Part shown: piece by piece, positions 51,999 to 62,476 of the stretch
Layout of the letters: each line of letters opens with the position of its first letter
Position numbering within the stretch: position 1 is the first letter of the stretch
Source of the DNA: Spirochaetota bacterium
GTDB taxonomy: Bacteria; Spirochaetota; UBA6919; CBDBPB01
NCBI GenBank assembly: GCA_965208615.1
Contig: CBDBPB010000001.1
Span: 352,001 to 416,000 of the forward strand
DNA: 64,000 bases
Direction: 5' to 3'
Program-made: the position numbers and the translations under genes
Notes under the pieces: generated by a model
What the model was told of the DNA's origin: nothing
Seen by the model: only the letters and a program-made list of their open reading frames with translations
Databases searched by the model: none

Positions 51999-53318
51999 CT
52001 AAAGATTATGTTTTTGTTCCAGGTCTTTAATTCCCTTATAAATATTGTCATACAGCTTAAAGATATCCTTTTCGTCAACAGCAGAAAATGCTATACGCAA
52101 ATCTTTATTACCTATAGAAATAGTACCAGTACCATATTTATCTAAAAGGTGGAGCCTTAACTCTTCAGCATTAACAGTCTTAAGACTTAAACACATAAAA
52201 TATCCAGAGTTAAAAGGATAAACAGACCATACAGAATCATAATCAGGATTAGATAAAACTTCCTTGACCTTAAAAGCACGTTTTTTCATAATCTCATATC
52301 TCTCTTTCTTTTCAAGATAATGAGTTTTTGATTCTAAGCTTTTTAAAACTAATGTCTGAGAAAGATGAGGCCCGTTAGATATTTTTGACCTTATAGCACC
52401 TAATATCTTTTTTTCTAATGCATTATATACACTTTCGCCTATGGACTGATCACCAAATGCAAAAGTTATAAAACCAACTCTAAAACCCCATGCATACTCT
52501 TCTTTAGTAGCACCATCCAGCTTTATACTAAGTATATTTTTATGTACTCCTGCCAAATAACCAAAAATAGACTCTTTTAATACATCTTCGTAAAAAAACC
52601 CTAAATAAGAGTCATCAGTAGCAACAACAAACTGAATACCCCTTTTAGCATGGCTAACTAATACATCTACAATCTTTTTAGCCTCACTAACACTAGGAGT
52701 ATAACCAGTTGGATTATTAGGAAAGTTTAAAATAGTAAATATCTTATTTTTTTTCTCGGCAATAGAGTTAATAGCATTACTAAAACTCTCTATATTAAAC
52801 CCTTTAGAAGAATTAAAAAACTCATAAGTTTTAATTTTACCGTTATATCTACTCTCAAAAATTAGTTTATAATTTCCCCAAAACTTATCAGGTAGTAGTA
52901 TTACATCCCCTGGATCAACAAATAAATCCCCAGCAATACTTAGTCCATGAGTAATACCACAAGTAGAAATAGGATTGCTTATAACTTTATTATGCAAACT
53001 TGGTGTATCATTATTAATACGCCTTTTCCATACCCTTCTTAGTTCAGGCTTACCGGCCCCAGGAGCATAAGGATATATATCATTAGCATCCAAGCCTGAT
53101 AAAAACCTATGGACTGATGGTAAATAAATAGGTTTTCCATTATCCAATGCTATTCCAATGGTAGCATCAAATTGATTAGCCTTTTCTTTTGCTTCAGCAG
53201 TCTGTGTTAAGATACCCCTTGGAAAGAAAATAGCCTTAGCAAAGCTAGACATAAGACTATGCACTTCTGGAGCATTATTATAAATAATATCATTCAATTC
53301 AATAGCAAGGGAATCCAT
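51999..53318 (-). CDS. Class I/II PLP aminotransferase
   Basis: DATIG, NFPNNPTGYTP and KLDGATKE...GFRVGF motifs. Confidence 0.88.
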   Translation of the reverse strand: MDSLAIELNDIIYNNAPEVHSLMSSFAKAIFFPRGILTQTAEAKEKANQFDATIGIALDNGKPIYLPSVHRFLSGLDANDIYPYAPGAGKPELRRVWKRRINNDTPSLHNKVISNPISTCGITHGLSIAGDLFVDPGDVILLPDKFWGNYKLIFESRYNGKIKTYEFFNSSKGFNIESFSNAINSIAEKKNKIFTILNFPNNPTGYTPSVSEAKKIVDVLVSHAKRGIQFVVATDDSYLGFFYEDVLKESIFGYLAGVHKNILSIKLDGATKEEYAWGFRVGFITFAFGDQSIGESVYNALEKKILGAIRSKISNGPHLSQTLVLKSLESKTHYLEKKERYEIMKKRAFKVKEVLSNPDYDSVWSVYPFNSGYFMCLSLKTVNAEELRLHLLDKYGTGTISIGNKDLRIAFSAVDEKDIFKLYDNIYKGIKDLEQKHNL

Positions 53319-53407
53319 TTTATACCTGTCTGGTAAAACTATAATATAATCTTTCTCAGCAAAAATACCCCAACATAAATATAAGTATTAAACAGAGAAT
53401 ATGTTAA

Positions 53408-53737
53408 CTACCAGTGTCTAGATAAGGTCTTTAACTTTTCGAGAACATTAGAAAAACTATCTTTATAACTATCCATCTCATTATCAGCAATATTAACTGA
53501 ATTTTTAAGGAAATAACCTACTATCTGGAAAAAACTATCAGCAAACTTTTCAATGTCCTCTTCAAAGACCATAATTCGGTGACGCTGTTTCTCACTGTCA
53601 TCAGCCACCTTTTTACTCTCGCTAATAACCAAATAATTATCATTCTTACTATTTTTTTTAACATCAAAATAGTAGGTTCGACTTCCAGCTCTAACCCTAC
53701 TAGAAAAGATCTCTCTTCTATCACCTGCTTCATTCAT
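53408..53737 (-). CDS. PUR-domain (DUF3276) nucleic-acid-binding protein
   Basis: IFS.RVRAGSRTYYFDVK...YLVISESKK...RHRIMVFEED. Confidence 0.85.
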   Translation of the reverse strand: MNEAGDRREIFSSRVRAGSRTYYFDVKKNSKNDNYLVISESKKVADDSEKQRHRIMVFEEDIEKFADSFFQIVGYFLKNSVNIADNEMDSYKDSFSNVLEKLKTLSRHW

Positions 53738-53953
53738 TCTTTAACCCTCATAAATCACAAATTATAAATCATTAATTAAAAGTTTATAAGTTTAATAAAG
53801 TAGTGTGTAAAGTAATAATAATTTACCTGTTTGTCAACTAATCATTCACCCTATTAAAATTAATTTTATATATTAAAAAAAAAGTACTTTTTTATAATAA
53901 GCTTTATGCCCTATAGTCAAAATATATAATATAAAATAATTTTTTTAATAAAT

Positions 53954-54474
53954 TTGTTATCAAACGTTTTAGTAGGTTATTGTAAAAACGTTCTAAGTTA
54001 ATCAATTTTTATAGATATAAACTGTTTTATTATTTTTAATTCACATAGAAAACATATAATGTCAATATAGAATATTCCAATAATCCGCTCTATACCTTTG
54101 TGGAAAAGTAAATTCGTTATCACTTAATAAATGTCCATAATTCTTAGTCTCAGTAAGGGATTCTTAATAGCTCTCGTAGTGATGATTAATAGCATAAGAA
54201 GTGATATCTTGTGTTCATTACTAAAGTATTTAAGCAGCACTTAAAGAGCATATAGGGATAACCTGCTTGACACAAGAAAATAACTTTTTCATAAATATTT
54301 TAACTTTTCTGTTCCACAAAGAAATCTAAAATATACCCGCCTTTACGTTATATGTCTTGCCTTTTTACCTTGTATGACTAGCCATAACTTTATCATAAAA
54401 TGATAACTAAATTATTATTAAAAAAAATACCTTCTTATTACGTTTGATAAAACATCTGCTAACTTATCACACCT
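53954..54474. mobile_element. Non-coding dispersed element, copy 2
   Basis: Colinear with 18182-18726 with substitutions and small indels; ends carry TTATCAAACGT / ACGTTTGATAA inverted repeats. Confidence 0.75.
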
Positions 54475-54505
54475 TATATAAAAATCATAACAAAAAAATA
54501 AATAT

Positions 54506-55777
54506 ACCTACCAGCCCTAACTCAAAGTATAGACGTACATATTTATCCCCATTGTCAACAACCTAAACTTGATAACATACCTGTTATCCTTGAGTTACAA
54601 ACGTTATAAATAGCCCCGCTTTCCTACTTTTTAAAACTACCAGCAATGTTTTTCTTAAAAATCATCGTATTATCTAAAACCCGCCTGCTGTTAACTCCAG
54701 CTTTTAGATAAAGAATTATTATAACACAATTCCTAAATAGATTTTATCTGTATTTTACTAAGTTTTAAATAGATAAGTTAGCTTAGAATACTTTTGGTTT
54801 ACACTAATAGAACAATTAGTAACACCTACCAGCCCTAACTCAAAGTATAGACGTACATATTTATCCCCATTGTCAACAACCTAAACTTGATAACATACCT
54901 GTTATCCTTGAGTTACAAACGTTATAAATAGCCCCGCTTTCCTACTTTTTAAAACTACCAGCAATGTTTTTCTTAAAAATCATCGTATTATCTAAAACCC
55001 GCCTGCTGTTAACTCCAGCTTTTAGATAAAGAATTATTATAACACAATTCCTAAATAGATTTTATCTGTATTTTACTAAGTTTTAAATAGATAAGTTAGC
55101 TTAGAATACTTTTGGTTTACACTAATAGAACAATTAGTAACACCTACCAGCCCTAACTCAAAGTCTAGACCTACATATTTATCCCCATTGTCAACAACCT
55201 AAACTTGATAACATACCTGTTATCCTTGAGTTACAAACGTTATAAATAGCCCCGCTTTCCTACTTTTTAAAACTACCAGCAATGTTTTTCTTAAAAATCA
55301 TCGTATTATCTAAAACCCGCCTGCTGTTAACTCCAGCTTTTAGATAAAGAATTATTATAACACAATTCCTAAATAGATTTTATCTGTATTTTACTAAGTT
55401 TTAAATAGATAAGTTAGCTTAGAATACTTTTGGTTTACACTAATAGAACAATTAGTAACACCTACCAGCCCTAACTCAAAGTCTAGACCTACATATTTAT
55501 CCCCATTGTCAACAACCTAAACTTGATAACATACCTGTTATCCTTGAGTTACAAACGTTATAAATAGCCCCGCTTTCCTACTTTTTAAAACTACCAGCAA
55601 TGTTTTTCTTAAAAATCATCGTATTATCTAAAACCCGCCTGCTGTTAACTCCAGCTTTTAGATAAAGAATTATTATAACACAATTCCTAAATAGATTTTA
55701 TCTGTATTTTACTAAGTTTTAAATAGATAAGTTAGCTTAGAATACTTTTGGTTTACACTAATAGAACAATTAGTAAC
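54506..55777. repeat. Four tandem 318-bp non-coding units
   Basis: Units start at 54506, 54824, 55142 and 55460. The only differences seen are AGTATAGACGTAC (units 1,2) vs AGTCTAGACCTAC (units 3,4). Confidence 0.97.
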
Positions 55778-55800
55778 ACCGTCTAAAGAAAAATAGTAGT

Positions 55801-57967
55801 TTAATAATTCATATTAATAACAGTTATCTGTCCACTATCCGTAGATACAGCTATACGCTTTGCAGTCTTATCCATAGCTAAACCTAAAGGATTATACTTA
55901 TGCCTAATAATAACCCTATGCTCTTTAGTAAGTAGATCCCAAAAGATAGTCTGCTTATCCCGTCCAGAACTTATAACAAATCTAGCATTATTATCAATAG
56001 CAATAGATGATATAAAACCATTATGAGCATCCATCTTATATAACTTACCACTTTTTAGTGAATAAGCAATAACATTCCAATCATGTCCAGCAGATACTAT
56101 CCACTTAGCATTAGGGCTTATAGATAAACTACTTACAGTATCCGTATGGGAATATAGTATTTTTGTCTTATCAGTATTAATATCCCATAGTATAACCTTA
56201 TTATCATGTCCTGCACTGACAATAAACTTTTCATCATTACTAATAACAGCTTTAACAACCCTATCACTGTGTTTAGTCATCTTTCTAAAAACCTTATTCT
56301 TTAAGTTCCAGTATATAACACTGTTATCAGTAGCACTGCTTAGCAAATACTTACCACTAGAGCTAAAGCTAAGACTAGTTATTCGTCCACTATGCCCCGA
56401 TAAAGCCTTATGTTTTACAGCTTTTATCCTACCGTTTTTTAAATATGCTATTTTCCAAATATATATAATCTTATCCTTTCCACCACTGGCTATATAACGA
56501 CCATCAGTACTAAAAACTATATGACTAATATAACCTTTATGCTTACCAATAGTCTGCATTCTATCACTATTTATATTCCATATATTAAGTGAATTATCTA
56601 GTCCACCACTGGCTATATACCTGCCGTAAGGACCGTAAATTACAGAAAGTATAGGTTTATTATGTCTGGTTATACTAATTGTATTATGCTTTTCTATATT
56701 AGATAGCTTTAACTGAGAACTGAGTCCAGAAGATGCTAAATACTTGCCACTAGGACTAAAAGACATACTAGTAACAGCACTACTATGAACTTTATACTTT
56801 CTAACATTAAATATAGGTTGTTTAATAGGCTTATCCATAGGCTTTTTAATAAAAGTTCCTTTAATCTTCCAAAGGGGTATCTTCTTTAACCTTAGCTTTT
56901 TTTGCCTAAGCCTAATCAGATAGCTTATATTACTCAAGTTTAATACCTTAACTATACCAGTCCTATCCCCTATGGATAACATATTACGTTTTATATCCAA
57001 TGCCGTTATAGGATAATCGTTATTATATAAAGGCACTACATTGTTATTTTCAATGTTCCATACTCTAATACAGCCATCCTTGCTAACCGATATAACCTTA
57101 TTATCCCTGATAAATAAACCTATAACTATACTAAAATGAGACATCATATATTTTAGTTTATTGGTATTTAAATCCCAAAGTATAACTTTATGATCCCATC
57201 CACCGCTAACAATATAGCGTCCATCTGGACTAAAAATAAAAGAAGAAACTTGACTCGAATGTAGTTTCTTATTAACGTATTTATTGTTAATAGTGTTCCA
57301 CAGTCTAACTGATCCATCATTCCTAGAGTTGGCTATCAACCTATTATTCGGACTAATATTAATATTACTAACAGCACTATCTATACCAGGTAATAATTTC
57401 ATCTTTTTTGTTTGTATATCCCACATCCTAAGTCTATTATCCCATCCACCAGCCAGTAGTTTTTTTACTATCAGAGGTGAACTTAAGAGTGGTAATCCTA
57501 TCATAATGCTGTAACAACAAATATACTTTATAAGGCTTAACCCTTATTAGTATTACTTTACGATCCTCACCACTGGATGCTATCCATTTTCCATCAGGAC
57601 TAATGGCAAGACTACTAATTCCCAAAGAGTGATTAAAATATCTTTTAGAGTTATTATTCTTAAGATTCCATAATACTATGGCTCCATCTTGTCCGCCGCT
57701 AACTATTAGCTTATTATTATTGCTTATCTTAATATCTTTTATATAGCCATTATGCTTATCCATAGTATTTATGACTTTTTTAGTTTTTATATCAACTACT
57801 TTTATTAGTCCATCTTTATTAGCGGCTATTAGCTTTTGTCCATCTGGAGTTATAACCACTTTGGATATGGATAAATTAAATACTTTATAGTCTTTTGTAG
57901 GCTTAGCACCATATATCTTTGTTGCAAACAATATTAATAGTATTAAAGTAATATTTTGTATCTTCAA
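55801..57967 (-). CDS. Secreted multi-propeller WD40 protein, split by a frameshift at an A7 tract (57460-57466)
   Basis: ORFs 57437-57967 (signal peptide) and 55801-57504 join into FTSDSKKLLAGGWDNRLRMWD if one A is removed. Confidence 0.82.
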
Positions 57968-57979
57968 TTTACGTTACCT

Positions 57980-59398
57980 TTATAGTTTTTCGCATACTGG
58001 CTTAGAGATAGATTCAACCGCTTTTATAAGCATACTTTTAAGCTCTATATCCTTGATTATATTAATATTTTTATCTATATGACTAATAGTTTCTAACAGG
58101 TCTTTTTTAACATAGTCCGATTGTATAACGTAAATATCTTTATATTCGGATTGTTTAGCTTTTTCATATTTAGTCCATAGTTCTTCTTTAAGCTTTTCAC
58201 CTGGTCTAAGCCCTATAATCTTTATATCAACATCTTTTTTAATATTAGAGTTATAAAGCTGAATAAGAAGTTTAGCCAATTCATATATTTGTATAGGCTC
58301 ACCCATATTGAGTATAAATATTTCATTAGCTTTAGCCATGCCTCCAGCCTGTAGTACTAGCTGTGAGGCCTCTGGTATAGTCATAAAATACCTAACTACA
58401 TCTTTATGGGTAACTGTAACTGGTCCGCCTCTTTGTATTTGCCTTCTGAATATAGGTAAAACACTCCCCCTACTCCCCAAAACGTTACCAAACCTAACTG
58501 AACAAAATATAGTATTACTATTTTGACTATAATAGCTCATCATAAGTTCACATATACGTTTTGTTATACCCATTATATTCTTAGGGCGTACTGCTTTATC
58601 TGTGGATATTAAAACAAAACGTTCCACGTTAAACTCTTTGGATAACATTAATAGATTTTTACTACCCATAACGTTATTTATAAAGGCTTCTTTTATATTT
58701 ACCTCCATAAAGTTTACATGCTTATGGGCTGCTGCATGGAATACAACATGAGGTTTATACTTTTTAAAGATGTCATATAACCTATTATAATTAGTTATAT
58801 TGGCTATCACTGGGCTTATCTTTATATTTGGATAATAATATTTTACTTCGTCATATATTAGGTGTATGCTATTTTCTCCGCGTCCTAGGACTATTAATTC
58901 TTTAGGATTTAGTCCAGCTATAAGTTTTGATAATTCACTTCCTATTGATCCCCCTGCTCCGGTTATCAATACTCTTTTATGGCTAATGTACGGGGATATA
59001 ATATTAACATCTATTTCTGTTTTAGGTCTGCCGAGGAGTTCTGGTATATCAACATCCCTAATGGGATAACTAATTTCAATATCCTGTTTTAGGATATTAA
59101 AATAACCCGGTACAATTTGTATTTGTATATCCTTTTTTATTAGTTTATTAAGGATGCTTTTAATAACCTTCCCTTCTGAACTGGGCATAGATATTATGGC
59201 TTTATTAATATTATATTTGTTTATAATATCTATTAGTATGGAAGTACTACCAAATATAGGTTTTCCATTTAGCTTAAGGTTATGTTTATTTTCGTCATCA
59301 TCTATATACCCCACTAGATTAGCGTTATTACTTTTTATAATTTCTTGTCCTATTATGTTGCCACTTACTCCGGCACCAATAATTAATAGGTTAGTCAT
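57980..59398 (-). CDS. CapD/PglF-like nucleotide-sugar 4,6-dehydratase without N-terminal TM region
   Basis: ITGAGGSIGSE, HAAAHKHV, ISTDKAV and RFGNVLGSRGSV motifs. Confidence 0.9.
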   Translation of the reverse strand: MTNLLIIGAGVSGNIIGQEIIKSNNANLVGYIDDDENKHNLKLNGKPIFGSTSILIDIINKYNINKAIISMPSSEGKVIKSILNKLIKKDIQIQIVPGYFNILKQDIEISYPIRDVDIPELLGRPKTEIDVNIISPYISHKRVLITGAGGSIGSELSKLIAGLNPKELIVLGRGENSIHLIYDEVKYYYPNIKISPVIANITNYNRLYDIFKKYKPHVVFHAAAHKHVNFMEVNIKEAFINNVMGSKNLLMLSKEFNVERFVLISTDKAVRPKNIMGITKRICELMMSYYSQNSNTIFCSVRFGNVLGSRGSVLPIFRRQIQRGGPVTVTHKDVVRYFMTIPEASQLVLQAGGMAKANEIFILNMGEPIQIYELAKLLIQLYNSNIKKDVDIKIIGLRPGEKLKEELWTKYEKAKQSEYKDIYVIQSDYVKKDLLETISHIDKNINIIKDIELKSMLIKAVESISKPVCEKL

Positions 59399-59621
59399 GA
59401 GAATACCTTATAAGCATAAATTGTTTTTTTATGTTGCTAAAAGGATATACAAAAAGCGACAAAAAGTAAATAATAGACTTTTAACAGACTATGGAATAAT
59501 CCTAAAGCATAATATACCTATTTTTAGGTAAACAAATTAAATTAGATTAGCTTTTTCTATAAAAGTAATTATTTTATAAAATAGTATTTTGAGAATATTA
59601 ACAAAAACTTATTAATAAGCC

Positions 59622-59649
59622 TTGATTCATAACAAAGCTTTTATATAAT
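59622..59649 (+). promoter_or_regulatory. Sigma70-like promoter of the dcw cluster
   Basis: TTGATT-N16-TATAAT. Confidence 0.5.
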
Positions 59650-59684
59650 TTAATATTAAAAGGCTAATATTATTACGAAATATA

Positions 59685-60722
59685 GTGGATAAACTAAAAA
59701 ATTACTATCATAAACCTATACTTGTTGAAGAACTATTAAACTTCCTTCCTGTACGTAAAAATACCGTTATAATCGATTGTACCACTGGTGAAGGAGGACA
59801 TAGTAATATATTTGCTTCTAAATTAGATGATATACTGCTTATAAGCCTTGATAGAGATAAAGAAGTCCTTGAGATCGCTAAAAAAAGACTTTATGTCCTA
59901 AATAAAAACATTATTATAAGACAGAGTAACTTTTCTAAGCTAGATAATATATTGGATGAGCTTAATATTAATAAGGCAGATTTTATTTTTTATGATTTAG
60001 GCATCTCTATGTATCATTATAAAAAGGCTGATAGGGGTTTTAGCTTTGAAAATAGTAACTCCCTAGATATGAGATTGGATAAAGAAAAAGATTTAACCGC
60101 ATATGATATAATTAATCATTTTGATCAAAAGGATATTAGCAATATTATATACTATTTAGGTGAAGAGAAAAAAGCAAATATAATAGCAAAAAGAATTATA
60201 AGTGAACGGAGTAAATCCAGTATTAAGAGTGCAAAAGAGCTTAATAATATTATCTGTTCTGTTACTAAGCATAATCACAGGATAAATCCGTCTACTAAAA
60301 CATTCCAAGCTCTTCGTATTTACGTTAATAATGAGTTTAGCCATATAGAATCCGGAGTTATACAGGCTATCCGACGGCTAAGCATTGGAGGACGTATTGC
60401 TATAATATCTTTTCACTCCCTTGAGGATAGAATAATAAAGAATATTTTTAAGCACCTCTCATTAAGTTGTATTTGTAATGATGAGGTTTTAAGGTGTGAA
60501 TGCAGAATTAAGCCTATTTTAAAAATCCTAACCAAAAGACCTATTACTCCGAATAATAAAGAGATATTTAATAATCCGTCGTCAAGGAGTGCCAAGCTAA
60601 GAGTGGCAGAAAAGCTTTATGAACCAGAATATGAGTTATGGCAAAAAACAAAAAAAGTATATCAGAAAAGAAAAAAACTACTTTTCAATAAGAGTTATTT
60701 TATCAATACTACTAATAACTAG
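59685..60722 (+). CDS. rsmH: 16S rRNA m4C1402 methyltransferase
   Basis: HKPIL, DCTTGEGGH, DLGIS, LDMR and NPSSRSAKLR motifs. Confidence 0.95.
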   Translation: MDKLKNYYHKPILVEELLNFLPVRKNTVIIDCTTGEGGHSNIFASKLDDILLISLDRDKEVLEIAKKRLYVLNKNIIIRQSNFSKLDNILDELNINKADFIFYDLGISMYHYKKADRGFSFENSNSLDMRLDKEKDLTAYDIINHFDQKDISNIIYYLGEEKKANIIAKRIISERSKSSIKSAKELNNIICSVTKHNHRINPSTKTFQALRIYVNNEFSHIESGVIQAIRRLSIGGRIAIISFHSLEDRIIKNIFKHLSLSCICNDEVLRCECRIKPILKILTKRPITPNNKEIFNNPSSRSAKLRVAEKLYEPEYELWQKTKKVYQKRKKLLFNKSYFINTTNN

Positions 60723-60987
60723 TTTGGTATCTTTTATGGTATGGCAAAATATTAAGGGTATTGAGCTTAATAAAACCCTAAAAGACCTCGAAAAGGAACA
60801 TTTAAAACTACAAAAAGATTATCAAAACAGCCTATTAGAGTACGAACAAAATAGAAATGAAAAAAGAATAAAAAAATTGGGAATAATCAAACTTAAAATG
60901 ATTGAAACAAAAAAAGAAGATTTTATATATCTGGGAGTTAAAAATAAGGAAGAGTTAGCAAAAAGATTTATTAATAAAAAACAATAA
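60619..60987 (+). CDS. ftsL: Cell division protein FtsL-like
   Basis: Single TM plus coiled coil, in the canonical position after rsmH. Confidence 0.7.
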   Translation: MNQNMSYGKKQKKYIRKEKNYFSIRVILSILLITSLVSFMVWQNIKGIELNKTLKDLEKEHLKLQKDYQNSLLEYEQNRNEKRIKKLGIIKLKMIETKKEDFIYLGVKNKEELAKRFINKKQ

Positions 60988-60988
60988 C

Positions 60989-62476
60989 ATGAAAAAAACG
61001 CTAAAACTAATTCTAAATAAGATAAACATTAATCATACAATAAATAAGGATATAGATATCCTTGGAATAGAGAATGACTCAAGAAAAGTAAAACCAGGCT
61101 ATATCTACGTAGCAATAGTTGGATATAAAACTGATGGACATAAATATATTCAATCCGCTATACAAAATGGAGCTGTTTGTGTATTTGTTGAAAAGAATTA
61201 TAACTCCACAAAAGAATATAAGATACCTATAATACCCTATAACAATACTAGAAAGGCTTTAGCTTATCTGGCAAAGATATTTTATGATAATCCGAGTAAA
61301 AATATTAAACTAATAGGTGTTACTGGTACAAATGGTAAAACATCCATTACCTATATGCTAAAGTATATACTGGAAAGCAAAGGTGAAAAAGTCGGATTAA
61401 TAGGTACTATCTGTAACTACATAGGAAATAAACAGATAAATAGTTCAGTAACTACTCCTGATTCATTAGAGTTAAATCGTCTTTTTAGTCTAATGGTTAT
61501 GGATAACGTTAGTTATGTGGTAATGGAGGTGTCATCCCATGCACTACTCTTAGATAGAGCTTTTGGACTTAATTTTAATTCTATTATTTTTACCAATATA
61601 ACTGAAGATCACCTTGACTTTCATAACACTATGGAAGAGTATCTAAAGGTTAAAGAAAGTGCTTTTGACTTGCTTAGCCAAAGTAAAAAGTCTAATAAAC
61701 TAGCTGTTATAAATAATGATCTATTGGTTAGTCAAAGGCTTATACAAAAAGTTAACGGTTTAGGCTTAAGCTATATAACTTATGGTATAGACAATAAATC
61801 TGATTATATGGCTAGTAATATTAAATTTACTCTATTTAATAGTTATTTTAAAATAGAGAATGCCTCAAAGGATTTTAATATTAATATTACTCTTCCTGGT
61901 AAGTTTAACATATATAATACTCTTGCATCCTTTGCAGTAGCAAGCTATTTTGATATTGATGATAAAAATATATCTTTAGGCCTTAATAGAGTATTAATAC
62001 CGGGTCGATTTCAGCTTATAAAAACGCCAATAAATTCTTTTGTTATAATCGATTATGCACATACCGATGATGCTCTTAAAAACGTTTTAACTACTATTGT
62101 AGAGCTTAATCCTAAAAGGATAATATCTGTATTTGGTGCTGGTGGAGACAGGGATAAAGATAAGCGTTATTTTATGGGATTAGTTGCAGGAGAATTAAGT
62201 AATTTATCCATTATAACCAGTGATAACCCCCGTACTGAAGATCCACACAATATATTAAATGACATTATTGTTGGTATCAATAAGGCTAATGGTTCTTATA
62301 TAAAAATTGTTGATAGGTATAATGCAATTAAAAAGGCTATTACCTTATCAAAAAGTGGAGATATTGTTCTAATTGCTGGTAAGGGACATGAAAACTACCA
62401 AATATTTAAGGATAAGACCATCCACTTTGACGATAAAGAAGTCTCAGAAAAAGTTATAAAGGATATATATGGATAA
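60989..62476 (+). CDS. murE: UDP-MurNAc-tripeptide synthetase
   Basis: GTNGKTS, MEVSSH, DYAHT, DNPR and AGKGHE motifs. Confidence 0.96.
   Translation: MKKTLKLILNKININHTINKDIDILGIENDSRKVKPGYIYVAIVGYKTDGHKYIQSAIQNGAVCVFVEKNYNSTKEYKIPIIPYNNTRKALAYLAKIFYDNPSKNIKLIGVTGTNGKTSITYMLKYILESKGEKVGLIGTICNYIGNKQINSSVTTPDSLELNRLFSLMVMDNVSYVVMEVSSHALLLDRAFGLNFNSIIFTNITEDHLDFHNTMEEYLKVKESAFDLLSQSKKSNKLAVINNDLLVSQRLIQKVNGLGLSYITYGIDNKSDYMASNIKFTLFNSYFKIENASKDFNINITLPGKFNIYNTLASFAVASYFDIDDKNISLGLNRVLIPGRFQLIKTPINSFVIIDYAHTDDALKNVLTTIVELNPKRIISVFGAGGDRDKDKRYFMGLVAGELSNLSIITSDNPRTEDPHNILNDIIVGINKANGSYIKIVDRYNAIKKAITLSKSGDIVLIAGKGHENYQIFKDKTIHFDDKEVSEKVIKDIYG

Noticed and set aside
54518-54711. Known riboswitch or hammerhead ribozyme in the unit
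   Set aside because: No CUGANGA/GAAA core or other recognisable family consensus by eye; an Rfam search is still needed.
54506-55777. CRISPR array or coding repeat (318 = 106 codons)
   Set aside because: Units are contiguous with no unique spacers, no cas genes are nearby, and no ORF of 60 aa or more is present in the track.
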